DNA of 61,667 nucleotides. Origin: an uncultured Candidatus Saccharibacteria bacterium. GTDB taxonomy: Bacteria; Patescibacteriota; Saccharimonadia; Saccharimonadales; Saccharimonadaceae. Positions 41,011 through 49,980 of this stretch are shown piece by piece. Within the stretch, counting starts at the first letter, position 1; each line of letters opens with the position of its first letter. Location: the NCBI GenBank assembly GCA_963536065.1, contig CAUSYU010000001.1, positions 1 through 61,667 of the forward strand, read 5' to 3'. The notes under the pieces are model-generated. The model did no database searches, was not told where the DNA came from, and saw only the letters and a program-made list of their open reading frames with translations. The position numbers and the translations under genes are program-made.

Positions 41011-42269
41011 GAGATATCCTCCACATCTGTTTTTTCGCTGAGCAATCGCCGTAGGGTGGTCATGGCAGTATAGCTACAAAAAATCTGTTTTGGCTCCATC
41101 GGCTCGTGTGCCAAAAATTCATCCAGCGCTTTTGCCAAATCCTGTTCGACAATACCAACGGCCACTTCGTCATAGCTTAGCCGCAGTGCCATGTCATAGG
41201 CTCGGACACCGCTAACGACGCTGACATCTTCCAGCACAGAAAAATCAACATCCCACAGCCAGCTCATGTCGCGACCGTCCGCATAATTATCATTGATGGC
41301 GATCATGGTCTGGCGTTGTCGTTTAGCAAAAGACAGCAGACTGAGTCGAAAGCCGCTGGGATTTTTCACTAATAGTAAATCAATTGATGTACCGTTATAG
41401 GTGATGGTCTCGCCGCGACCAAACGCTGGTTTGACTTTTGATAGTGCCTCCAGTAAGACAGGAATTGGTGCTTCTGGCACGATGGTTCGAACGAGCGCCA
41501 AGGCCGCCGCCGCATTCAACAGGTTGTATACGCCACTAAGCGCGACTTCAATTCTGTGGCGTGTGTCGTCGATCAAAAACTCAGCGCCTTGTTCCGCTAC
41601 AGCTGTGAGTACCACCTCTGCAGGTACCGATTCATTGGCTACAGCATCACCAGTCTTCAGGGAGTCATCGGTCGGCATCAGTCGCAACAGGTCAGTCGTC
41701 AAACCAAAATAGGTTGCTGCCGCTGAGGTTTTTTCATGGATGCGAAAGACCCGTGGATCGTCACGATTCAAAACTACATGTTCGGTGGTGGCTACTGCAA
41801 TCTTTTCCAAGAAACCGGCTGCCGTGTCTATCTCGCCAAATCGGTCCAGTTGGTCACGCATGACGTTGAGCAGTAGCGAGTATCTTGGCTGCACCTGCTG
41901 CACAAATTTAACAGCCCAGGCTTCGTCTAGTTCTAGGACTGCGATGTCAGCATCCAATTTGCCTCGCTGGTTGACCTCGCCCAACAGTGCTGCCGCCACA
42001 CCACGAGAGAAATTACTACCAGTGCGGTTAGTGAAGACTTTGAGGCCTGCCGCTTCCAACAGCTCTACGACAATTTTTGTTGTCGTGGTTTTGCCGTTGG
42101 TTCCCGACACTACGACGACACCGTAAGGTAAATCTTGCAGGGCGCGAGGGATGAAGCCTGAGTCAATTTTTTCTACCACCAGGCCTGGCAGGGCCGAGCC
42201 GCCGCCGCGTAATCTCATGCCGCCACGGACAGCTTTACCGATGGCGGTTGTCACTATGTGTCGAATCAT
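41007..42269 (-). CDS. murT: MurT ligase (Mur ligase + DUF1727)
   Basis: GSALPG, GTNGKTTT, RDQLDRFGE, LVKNPSG, DGRDMSWLWDVDF. Confidence 0.93.
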   Translation of the reverse strand: MIRHIVTTAIGKAVRGGMRLRGGGSALPGLVVEKIDSGFIPRALQDLPYGVVVVSGTNGKTTTTKIVVELLEAAGLKVFTNRTGSNFSRGVAAALLGEVNQRGKLDADIAVLELDEAWAVKFVQQVQPRYSLLLNVMRDQLDRFGEIDTAAGFLEKIAVATTEHVVLNRDDPRVFRIHEKTSAAATYFGLTTDLLRLMPTDDSLKTGDAVANESVPAEVVLTAVAEQGAEFLIDDTRHRIEVALSGVYNLLNAAAALALVRTIVPEAPIPVLLEALSKVKPAFGRGETITYNGTSIDLLLVKNPSGFRLSLLSFAKRQRQTMIAINDNYADGRDMSWLWDVDFSVLEDVSVVSGVRAYDMALRLSYDEVAVGIVEQDLAKALDEFLAHEPMEPKQIFCSYTAMTTLRRLLSEKTDVEDIS

Positions 42270-42317
42270 ATAGAGATATTATAGCACCAACCGCGCGAGT
42301 CATGATATACTGATAAT

Positions 42318-42692
42318 ATGTTTTTGGTGGGAATCTTTCAGTGGTGGTATGGAACTGGACTATATAAGCACGTCAGGCAAGTCTATGTTGGTCTATTAAA
42401 AACAGCTGATTTTTTCTCAATTGGCTTGCTGCTCAAGACCTTGTTTAATCCATTTCGGCAAATATCTGCTGGTGTGGTCCAAGGTGGATTGCCAGAGCAA
42501 TTTCGAGCGTTCCTCGACAGATCATTTTCCAGAGTGTTTGGCGCATTTTTGCGGACAATCTTGATTGCAGTTGGGCTTATTTGCCTGTTGGTTAGAATGT
42601 TGTGGAGCGTGCTGATCATTGCGGCTTGGCTGCTGCTACCACTGGCGCCACTAATTGGTATAATATTTTGGCAAATGGGAGTAGCGTCATGA
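42318..42692 (+). CDS. Small membrane protein coupled to the Clp ATPase gene
   Basis: WWY...FFSIGLLLKTLFNPFRQ; ATGA overlap with the downstream gene. Confidence 0.75.
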   Translation: MFLVGIFQWWYGTGLYKHVRQVYVGLLKTADFFSIGLLLKTLFNPFRQISAGVVQGGLPEQFRAFLDRSFSRVFGAFLRTILIAVGLICLLVRMLWSVLIIAAWLLLPLAPLIGIIFWQMGVAS

Positions 42693-45115
42693 ATATCGAG
42701 CCGATAATTCGCTATGATAGCCAGCGGTCGCAAAAGGCGCGATTTTCGGTTCGTTTTGGTGATGTTTGGCATTTACTACTGGGTCTGTGTAGTCTGGCGA
42801 TGATCTTGTTGGGCTGCTGGTCAGTGATTCATCACGGGCCAATCGGTTGGTTGTTGGTGGGCATGAGCGGTCCATTTGTGATGCTGACGATTTGGTGGCA
42901 AGGTGATCTCAAAACCGCTGAAGTGAGCAAGCATCCGACGACGCTTGATGATGTCATGGCTGCAGATTTGCTGGGTCAATTGAGCAAAAACCCAACGCCA
43001 CAAGAATTAGTGATGGCTATCTCAAAAACTCGGGCTGGTCAATTTTTGGCGGTGCGCCTTGGGCTGACGCCGAACTTCCTGAGTAACATTGCGTCCGATG
43101 ATCCACGGATGACCGACGCTATCTGGCAAGCGGCGATTGACATCTGGCAGGAGACTGATAGTCCCAAGGTGACAGGCGCAGTCGTAGCGGCAGCCATCGT
43201 TAAAGTGTTCCCGAGCCATGACGCTATTTTGGCTAGTTTGAAGCTGGATTTTCAGGACGTATTGGAGGGAATTCGCTGGTATGAGCGGCTAAAGGCGCTG
43301 GTTGAAGATTTCAAAGAAAAGCCGCTGCGCACTGGTGGTATAGCGCGGGATTGGTCGTTTGGTTACACGCCGCTGCTGAGCCGATTTGCCCAAAACCTGA
43401 GTCAACAAGTGTCGGGCGGGACGATCATGACGCGTTTGGACGCACATACTGATGTGCTAGATCAGATGCTACAAATTTTCAATACGGGCGGTCGTCAAAA
43501 TGTTGCCTTGGTTGGTCCAGATGGCGTCGGCAAAAGTACGCTCATCGCGGCGTTTGCAGAAATGCTGATCGATGGGCACAAGGAAGTGCCATCCAATTTG
43601 CTATATCAGCAAGTGTTCTTGCTGGACGCGTCGGCGTTGATTTCTGTGGCAGGCGGTCGTGGTGAATTGGAACAACTAGTAACGAGACTACTCAATGAAG
43701 CGTTTGCCTCAAAAAATGTTATTTTGTGCTTGGAGAATGCTCAGCTGTTTTTTGAAGAGGGCGTCGGTTCGGTGGATATGAGTAATTTGCTATTGCCCGT
43801 TTTAGAAGCTGGTCGCCTGCGTATTATTCTGTCTCTGGATCAGCAGCGATTTTTGCAAATTTCTCAACGTAACACCCAGCTGGCTCATGCGCTAAATACG
43901 CTAGCAGTCCAGCCGACAGATCGTGCTGAAACCATGAAAATTATGCGCGACCAACTGATTTCATTTGAGCATCAATTTGGTGTGACGTACATGTTGCAGG
44001 CGCTCAACGAGGCGTACCGAGTTGGTGATCGCTATGTTCAAGATTTGGCTATGCCTGGACGAGCACTGAAGGTGTTGGAATCAACCGCCAGTATTTCCAA
44101 AGGCGGTCTCATCACTGCGCAGTCAGTTGACGATGCAGCGGAAAAAACCATGGGTATCAAGATTGCTGCGGCTTCTGGTGGTGATGAGCGTGAGAAATTG
44201 TTGAACCTTGAATCGCTGATTCACCAGCGCATGATCAATCAGTCACGCGCTGTGTCGGTGGTGTCTGACGCCATCCGTCGAGCGCGAGCTGGCGTGAGAA
44301 ATCTTGACCGCCCCATCGGTACTTTCCTGTTTTTGGGACCAACTGGTGTTGGTAAAACTGAATTATCAAAGGCTTTGGCGGAAGTGTATTTTGGTGGCGA
44401 GGGTAATTTGGTGCGACTGGACCTAAACGAATTTGTTCGTGCTGAAGACGTGGCTCGTTTGATCGCGGACGGAGCTAATGATCCGCTGAGCTTGACAGCT
44501 CAGGTACAAAAAGCGCCGTTCTCGGTGGTGTTGCTTGATGAGATAGAAAAGGCGCATCCGCAAGTGCTGACGACGCTGCTGCAGTTGCTGGATGAAGGTA
44601 TTTTGCGTGATGAGAAAAACCGAGAAGTGAGTTTTCGCGACTGCATCGTCATCGCGACGTCAAATGCTGGTGCTGACCGCATCCGTGAATACATCGAGCG
44701 TGGCTATCAGCTGGAACAATTTGAACAAACCTTCATCAATGAACTAATCAACGCCAATTTGTTCCGTCCCGAGTTTCTGAACCGATTTGATGAAATTGTG
44801 TTGTTCCGTCCTCTAGGCAAAGCTGAACTATTGCAAGTCATCGACTTGATTTTGGCGGGAGTCAACCGTACGCTGGAGCCTCAGAAAATTCAAGTTGCCG
44901 TCGAGCCCGAGGGCAAGCAACTACTCGTTGATGCTGGATACGATCCACGTCTTGGTGCGCGACCTATGCGACGCGTTGTGCAGCGCGCTGTCGAAAATAC
45001 TGTTGCCAAGCAGCTGTTGGCAGGCACAGTTGCGCCAGGCAGTACAACCATCATCACTGCTGAGCAAATTCGCGCGGCAGTAGGTGAGGCCCCGAGCGAC
45101 CGTCAGATTAGCTAG
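42689..45115 (+). CDS. ClpA/B-type AAA+ ATPase with two N-terminal TM helices
   Basis: GPDGVGKS, FLFLGPTGVGKTE, LLDEIEKAH, FRPEFLNRFD, GARPMRR. Confidence 0.88.
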   Translation: MNIEPIIRYDSQRSQKARFSVRFGDVWHLLLGLCSLAMILLGCWSVIHHGPIGWLLVGMSGPFVMLTIWWQGDLKTAEVSKHPTTLDDVMAADLLGQLSKNPTPQELVMAISKTRAGQFLAVRLGLTPNFLSNIASDDPRMTDAIWQAAIDIWQETDSPKVTGAVVAAAIVKVFPSHDAILASLKLDFQDVLEGIRWYERLKALVEDFKEKPLRTGGIARDWSFGYTPLLSRFAQNLSQQVSGGTIMTRLDAHTDVLDQMLQIFNTGGRQNVALVGPDGVGKSTLIAAFAEMLIDGHKEVPSNLLYQQVFLLDASALISVAGGRGELEQLVTRLLNEAFASKNVILCLENAQLFFEEGVGSVDMSNLLLPVLEAGRLRIILSLDQQRFLQISQRNTQLAHALNTLAVQPTDRAETMKIMRDQLISFEHQFGVTYMLQALNEAYRVGDRYVQDLAMPGRALKVLESTASISKGGLITAQSVDDAAEKTMGIKIAAASGGDEREKLLNLESLIHQRMINQSRAVSVVSDAIRRARAGVRNLDRPIGTFLFLGPTGVGKTELSKALAEVYFGGEGNLVRLDLNEFVRAEDVARLIADGANDPLSLTAQVQKAPFSVVLLDEIEKAHPQVLTTLLQLLDEGILRDEKNREVSFRDCIVIATSNAGADRIREYIERGYQLEQFEQTFINELINANLFRPEFLNRFDEIVLFRPLGKAELLQVIDLILAGVNRTLEPQKIQVAVEPEGKQLLVDAGYDPRLGARPMRRVVQRAVENTVAKQLLAGTVAPGSTTIITAEQIRAAVGEAPSDRQIS

Positions 45116-45172
45116 ATGCTGCGGTATCAAAAAACCTCTGCAGTCTGTTTGCAGAGGTGTGAGTATCGTTCG

Positions 45173-45249
45173 TGGTACCCCGCACAGGAGTCGAACCTGC
45201 AACCTTCGGTACCGGAAACCGACGCTCTATCCAGTTGAGCTAACGGGGC
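45173..45249 (-). tRNA. tRNA-Arg(CCG)
   Basis: Reverse complement GCCCCGT...TCGGT-TT CCG GT-ACCGA...GCGGGGT-ACCA. Confidence 0.95.
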
Positions 45250-45293
45250 GTGTCAACTCGTCAGTAAAGATTTCAATGTGATTATGACGAACA

Positions 45294-45370
45294 TGGTACA
45301 CCCGGCAGGATTCGAACCTGCGACCCCTTGGTTCGAAGCCAAGTACTCTAATCCGCTGAGCTACGGGTGC
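45294..45370 (-). tRNA. tRNA-Arg(TCG)
   Basis: Reverse complement GCACCCG...CTTGG-CT TCG AA-CCAAG...CGGGTGT-ACCA. Confidence 0.95.
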
Positions 45371-45447
45371 ATACCGAGTTAAATTATACCATACTTATCA
45401 TTTGATGAAAATGACACAGTATATCAAGGGTGGTATAATATCACCAT

Positions 45448-46467
45448 ATGAATATTTCCACAGACATTTCTCTCAAACAATACACCACCATGCAAGTGGG
45501 CGGTAGCGCATGCTTTTTGACAGAGGCCACGACAGCGGAGGAGATTCCACAGATATATCACGATGCCCAGTCGCGCCAGCTACCAGTTTTCGTGCTGGGC
45601 GGCGGCAGTAATGTGATTGCTAAAGACGAGGGTTTTGAAGGTATCGTGCTACTCAATCGTATCAAGGGCTTTGAGGTTATGTCAGAAGATGAGGAATCAG
45701 TAACGCTCAAAATTGGCGCCGGTGAAGTTTGGGACCAAGTGGTGGCACGAACGGTAGACATGGGTCTGAGCGGGATTGAAGCAATGTCTGCTATCCCTGG
45801 TACGGCTGGAGCTGCCCCAGTGCAGAATGTTGGTGCGTACGGGCAAGAGATAGCAGATACCCTGGTGGAAGTTGAGGCGTATGATTCGACCGAAGATGCC
45901 ATGGTTATTTTGCCAGCTGATCAGTGTCACTTTTCTTACCGCCACAGTATTTTCCGTGGCTCACAGATGGGTCGCTATTGCATCACGGCCATCATTATTC
46001 GCTTGTCACGCCGCGCTCCACAGCCGCCATTTTACGCTGGTTTGCAGCGATATCTCGATGAACATCACATCACCAATTACACCCCGGCAGCCATTCGCCA
46101 AGCAGTAATTGCCATTCGACACGACAAACTGCCCGATCCGACCGTGACGCCTAACAGCGGCTCATTCTTTAAGAATGCCATGGTCAGTCAAGAGATGCTG
46201 GATGCGATTCGTCAAACTCACCCTGATGTGCCAAACTACGCTATGCCAGATGGGACTTATAAAATTCCGACTGGTTGGCTGATCGATCAAGCGGGCTTCC
46301 GCGGCAAAGAGCTTCACAACATGAAAATTCATGACAAAAACGCGTTAGTACTGACCAATCCTCATGCCGCAACCTATCATGACCTCGAATCTGCTCGCCA
46401 AGCCATCATCCAGGCAGTGTATGACCAATTTCATGTCCACATTGAGCAAGAACCATTAGAATTATAG
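45448..46467 (+). CDS. murB: UDP-N-acetylmuramate dehydrogenase
   Basis: LGGGSN, IPGTAGAAPVQNVGAYG, FSYRHS, NSGSFFKN, EQEP. Confidence 0.96.
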   Translation: MNISTDISLKQYTTMQVGGSACFLTEATTAEEIPQIYHDAQSRQLPVFVLGGGSNVIAKDEGFEGIVLLNRIKGFEVMSEDEESVTLKIGAGEVWDQVVARTVDMGLSGIEAMSAIPGTAGAAPVQNVGAYGQEIADTLVEVEAYDSTEDAMVILPADQCHFSYRHSIFRGSQMGRYCITAIIIRLSRRAPQPPFYAGLQRYLDEHHITNYTPAAIRQAVIAIRHDKLPDPTVTPNSGSFFKNAMVSQEMLDAIRQTHPDVPNYAMPDGTYKIPTGWLIDQAGFRGKELHNMKIHDKNALVLTNPHAATYHDLESARQAIIQAVYDQFHVHIEQEPLEL

Positions 46468-46504
46468 GCTTGCACTGACGACCATTTCTGGTTATGCTTA
46501 TACT

Positions 46505-47095
46505 ATGAGTCGACGAACTGGTTTCACGGTTGTGGAAGTGATTATTGTGATGGCTATCATGGCTATTTTGCTGGCCATCGGTACCGTTAGCTTTCGGTCA
46601 TATCAAGTTTCAACTCGTGACAAAACACGTGAGGGTGATATCACGACCATTCAAAATTATCTAGAATCATTATATCCTCGCGAACTGCGCGATTCATCAA
46701 ACAATATCATCAAATCGGCTGGTAGCTATCCAGCGCATGCGGTCAATGGGGCGGGCGGTAGCGCCATGACTGACGCACTTTTCGATCAAATATTTTCCGA
46801 ATTACCAGATGCTGCAAAGAAGGGTCCGCTGCCAGGAGAGAAGTTTGTCTCCGCTGGTGTTTTGCAGTATGGATCACACTCGACCCCACTAAATCGCTCA
46901 ATGCTGATGTCTTACACCAGCGACTACAATACTCATAAACCATCAGGTTACGCCAACGGTGCGTACGCGTATTTTGCTATCAACCGTTCAGGCAACCGCT
47001 GTATCACCTTGACTGACGAATGTCAGGGCTATATCATCATGTATCATCTCGAGGGGCAGCCCCTTGAGTGGAAAATAGTGGAGAAGAGTCGGTGA
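46505..47095 (+). CDS. Minor type IV pilin
   Basis: G|FTVVEVIIV. Confidence 0.85.
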   Translation: MSRRTGFTVVEVIIVMAIMAILLAIGTVSFRSYQVSTRDKTREGDITTIQNYLESLYPRELRDSSNNIIKSAGSYPAHAVNGAGGSAMTDALFDQIFSELPDAAKKGPLPGEKFVSAGVLQYGSHSTPLNRSMLMSYTSDYNTHKPSGYANGAYAYFAINRSGNRCITLTDECQGYIIMYHLEGQPLEWKIVEKSR

Positions 47096-47469
47096 TGAAA
47101 AAAGGTTTTACGGTTGTTGAGTTGATGATTACACTGTTTGTTGCGTCACTTTTCATCATCAGTGGTTACCAGCTGTACCAGGTAGTAGTGTTTCGTGGTA
47201 GCGATGCCCGCAAATTGTCGGAGGCTAGCACTTTGGCGTACGAAGTGCTGCGGTCTGAAGGCACCTATCAAGAGATATCGCAACTCTGCTTTGGTTCATC
47301 TCACCCTGAACAGACCATCACTCGTAATAACGCGCTGCTCGGAACGGTAAATATCACACTCAAGCGTTGCCGTGTTCAGCCAAACGTTGGGGTGATGCGC
47401 GTGACGGCCACTGCCAAATATGACAATCCAGCAAAGGAAGTTTCTCATGCGGTCTATGTCTCACAGTAA
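47095..47469 (+). CDS. Minor type IV pilin
   Basis: MKKG|FTVVELMI. Confidence 0.85.
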   Translation: MKKGFTVVELMITLFVASLFIISGYQLYQVVVFRGSDARKLSEASTLAYEVLRSEGTYQEISQLCFGSSHPEQTITRNNALLGTVNITLKRCRVQPNVGVMRVTATAKYDNPAKEVSHAVYVSQ

Positions 47470-48070
47470 GTCCCAGCGCGGGTTTACGCTGGTGGAGATG
47501 TTGGTGATATCGCCATTGGTGATCATCATTTTGGCGGGTATCGTCGGTATCGTCATCAGTTTGACGACGGAGTCCATGCGCACGACTGCTCGTTCTCAGC
47601 TGCAAAACGAAGTGCAGGCGGTGCTGGATCGTATGGAAGAAGATGTGCGTACTAGTTTGGTTATCAATCCTGACTCATCATTTGCGCTAAGTACTAATAA
47701 TTTTGTCACCAATAAAAACCCGCTAGCAACCGACCGGCGGCTGGTCAAAAAGGACTGTTCAGTGGCGAGCGCTGGGCTCCTGCTCGAAGAAGCCTTGTCA
47801 TACAACCTGGAGTATTCAGTCTCCGGCTCCAAGCTCATGAGAAAAGTTTCCATGAACGCGTGTCAAACGTCGCCAAATACTTGGCAGCGTCCAAAGACAG
47901 AAACGGTGATGGCGACAAATTCTGCGACTGATTTACAGATTGACTATATCAATATTTCCAGTTCTGAACCGAGTGCTGTCAGGATCAAATTGACCGCTAA
48001 ACGTCAAGTTGCAGGTAGCGAAATCAGCTACACTGGCATCATGTATGCCAGATCGCTCAACGCACAATGA
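47456..48070 (+). CDS. Minor type IV pilin (PilW-like)
   Basis: RG|FTLVEML; start could also be 47447. Confidence 0.82.
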   Translation: MSHSKSQRGFTLVEMLVISPLVIIILAGIVGIVISLTTESMRTTARSQLQNEVQAVLDRMEEDVRTSLVINPDSSFALSTNNFVTNKNPLATDRRLVKKDCSVASAGLLLEEALSYNLEYSVSGSKLMRKVSMNACQTSPNTWQRPKTETVMATNSATDLQIDYINISSSEPSAVRIKLTAKRQVAGSEISYTGIMYARSLNAQ

Positions 48071-48152
48071 TAAAATGCTTGTGTTTTTAAAACCGCTCTG
48101 ATACAATCAAAATTGTTAATAACTTAACCAAAAAATAGGGGGCAAATCAGAA

Positions 48153-48581
48153 ATGATTTCTTCAAACAAAACTAAAGGTTTCACACTTGTTGAGCTCTTG
48201 ATCGTGATCGTTGTTATTGCGATTTTGGCAGCAATCTCAATCGTTGCCTACAACGGTGTAACACAAAAAGCACGTGACGACGAACGTCAATCAAACGCAC
48301 GTAACCTCGTCAACGCAGCAGCATCTTACAACTCAGAGAAAGATGCATGGCCTGCACACTCAGACCTTCTCACATTTGAGACTATCAAACTGACTGGCGC
48401 AGCTGCTGATACAACTAAGGTTAGCACAACAGCCGACCCAAGCACTGACCACGACAAGTACAAGTACACAGTATGTCAGGACGGTGGTAAGCCTTCTGGT
48501 GTTAAAGTTGAGTACTTCAAGCAAGTTGCTGGTAATAACGACCCTGCTGGTGTAAAGAGCATCACTACTGGTAAATGTTAA
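48153..48581 (+). CDS. Probable major type IV pilin
   Basis: KG|FTLVELLIVIVVIAILAAI; own promoter and RBS, C-terminal Cys pair, strong terminator. Confidence 0.85.
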   Translation: MISSNKTKGFTLVELLIVIVVIAILAAISIVAYNGVTQKARDDERQSNARNLVNAAASYNSEKDAWPAHSDLLTFETIKLTGAAADTTKVSTTADPSTDHDKYKYTVCQDGGKPSGVKVEYFKQVAGNNDPAGVKSITTGKC

Positions 48582-48597
48582 TCTGACGTATGCAGTC

Positions 48598-48630
48598 ATT
48601 AAAAATCCCGGGATCACCGGGATTTTTAAT
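48598..48630. terminator. Bidirectional intrinsic terminator
   Basis: ATTAAAAATCCCGG-gatca-CCGGGATTTTTAAT between convergent genes. Confidence 0.85.
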
Positions 48631-48643
48631 GTATATTGAGATT

Positions 48644-49912
48644 CTAGTAGGGAAGCGGAAAGCTCTTCGCTAAAGACTCAGTCTTTTGTTTGAGTTCAGC
48701 ATGGACACTCGGGTTTTCTGCCTGAATCGCTGTGATAATCCACTCAGCAATTTGCTTGATCTCAGCCTCTGTCATGCCGCGTGTCGTCACTGCTGGTGTG
48801 CCAAGCCGTAGACCGCTTGGACGAAACGGCGGCAGGGTATCATTCGGGATGGCATTGGCGTTAGCGGTGATACCGCTAGTCTCCAGCCGTTCCTGAGCGG
48901 TTTTGCCGTCGATACCAAAGCTGCCATACACATCTGCCAGCACCAAGTGGTTACTGGTGCCACCTGTTACCAATTTCAAGCCGCCGCGTTTCAATTCATC
49001 TGCCAGCACGGCCGCATTCTTTACGGTTTGCTGGGCGTATGCTGTAAATTCTGGACGCAGTGCCTCACCAAAAGCCACCGCCTTGGCGGCAATGGTATGC
49101 ATGTGTGGGCCACCTTGAGTGCCAGGGAAAACTGCTCGGTCGATGAGCGTTGGCAAATTCTCCAAGGTCTTTTCTGGTCGTTTCAAAGGATTACCGACGA
49201 CACCTTTTGACAAGATCAAGCCGCCGCGTGGACCGCGCAGGGTTTTGTGTGTGGTAGTGGTGATAACGTGAAAGCCGTAATCAAACGGATTGTTGGCTTG
49301 ACCACCGACGATTAGTCCAGCGATGTGCGCCATATCCGCCATCAGCATGGCGCCGACTTCGCGTCCGATCTCGGCAAACTTAGCATAATCCAGCTCCCGC
49401 GGATAAGCCGAAAAACCCGCCAAGATGATCTTTGGTCGATGTTTCAGTGCCAACTCGCGAATTGCTTCATAGTCAATCTCACCCGTCTCGACATCTTTGA
49501 TGCCGTAGCGGACAAAGTTATACTCGCGGGCTGAGCGGGTGACTGATGCACCGTGGGTTAAATGTCCGCCGTGCGCTAAATCCATCGCTAGAATGGTGTC
49601 ACCAGGCTCACACCATGCATAATACACCGCCTCGTTGGCTTGGGCGCCAGAGTGCGGCTGGACATTGGCGTGATCGGCGCCAAATAGTTGCTTGGCACGG
49701 CCAATCGCTAGCTGTTCAATTTGATCGGTATTATGCTGTCCGCCATAGTATCGTCGGCCAGGATAACCCTCAGAATATTTGTTGGTAAATACGCTACCGA
49801 GTGCCTTGAGCACGTCTGGTGAAACGTAGTTTTCGCTGGGGATGAGCTCTAGCCCTGCTTGCTGTCGCTCAATTTCCGCAGTGATGAGTCGTTCAATTGC
49901 TTGATCTTTCAT
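48644..49912 (-). CDS. glyA: Serine hydroxymethyltransferase
   Basis: LIPSEN, NKYSEGYPGRRYYGG, TTTHKTLRGPRGG, GLRLGTPA. Confidence 0.97.
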   Translation of the reverse strand: MKDQAIERLITAEIERQQAGLELIPSENYVSPDVLKALGSVFTNKYSEGYPGRRYYGGQHNTDQIEQLAIGRAKQLFGADHANVQPHSGAQANEAVYYAWCEPGDTILAMDLAHGGHLTHGASVTRSAREYNFVRYGIKDVETGEIDYEAIRELALKHRPKIILAGFSAYPRELDYAKFAEIGREVGAMLMADMAHIAGLIVGGQANNPFDYGFHVITTTTHKTLRGPRGGLILSKGVVGNPLKRPEKTLENLPTLIDRAVFPGTQGGPHMHTIAAKAVAFGEALRPEFTAYAQQTVKNAAVLADELKRGGLKLVTGGTSNHLVLADVYGSFGIDGKTAQERLETSGITANANAIPNDTLPPFRPSGLRLGTPAVTTRGMTEAEIKQIAEWIITAIQAENPSVHAELKQKTESLAKSFPLPY

Positions 49913-49980
49913 GTCAATTTCTCCTATATGACTCCATTATACCATTTGTACTATTATATCATTTGTGATATACTGCCGGC

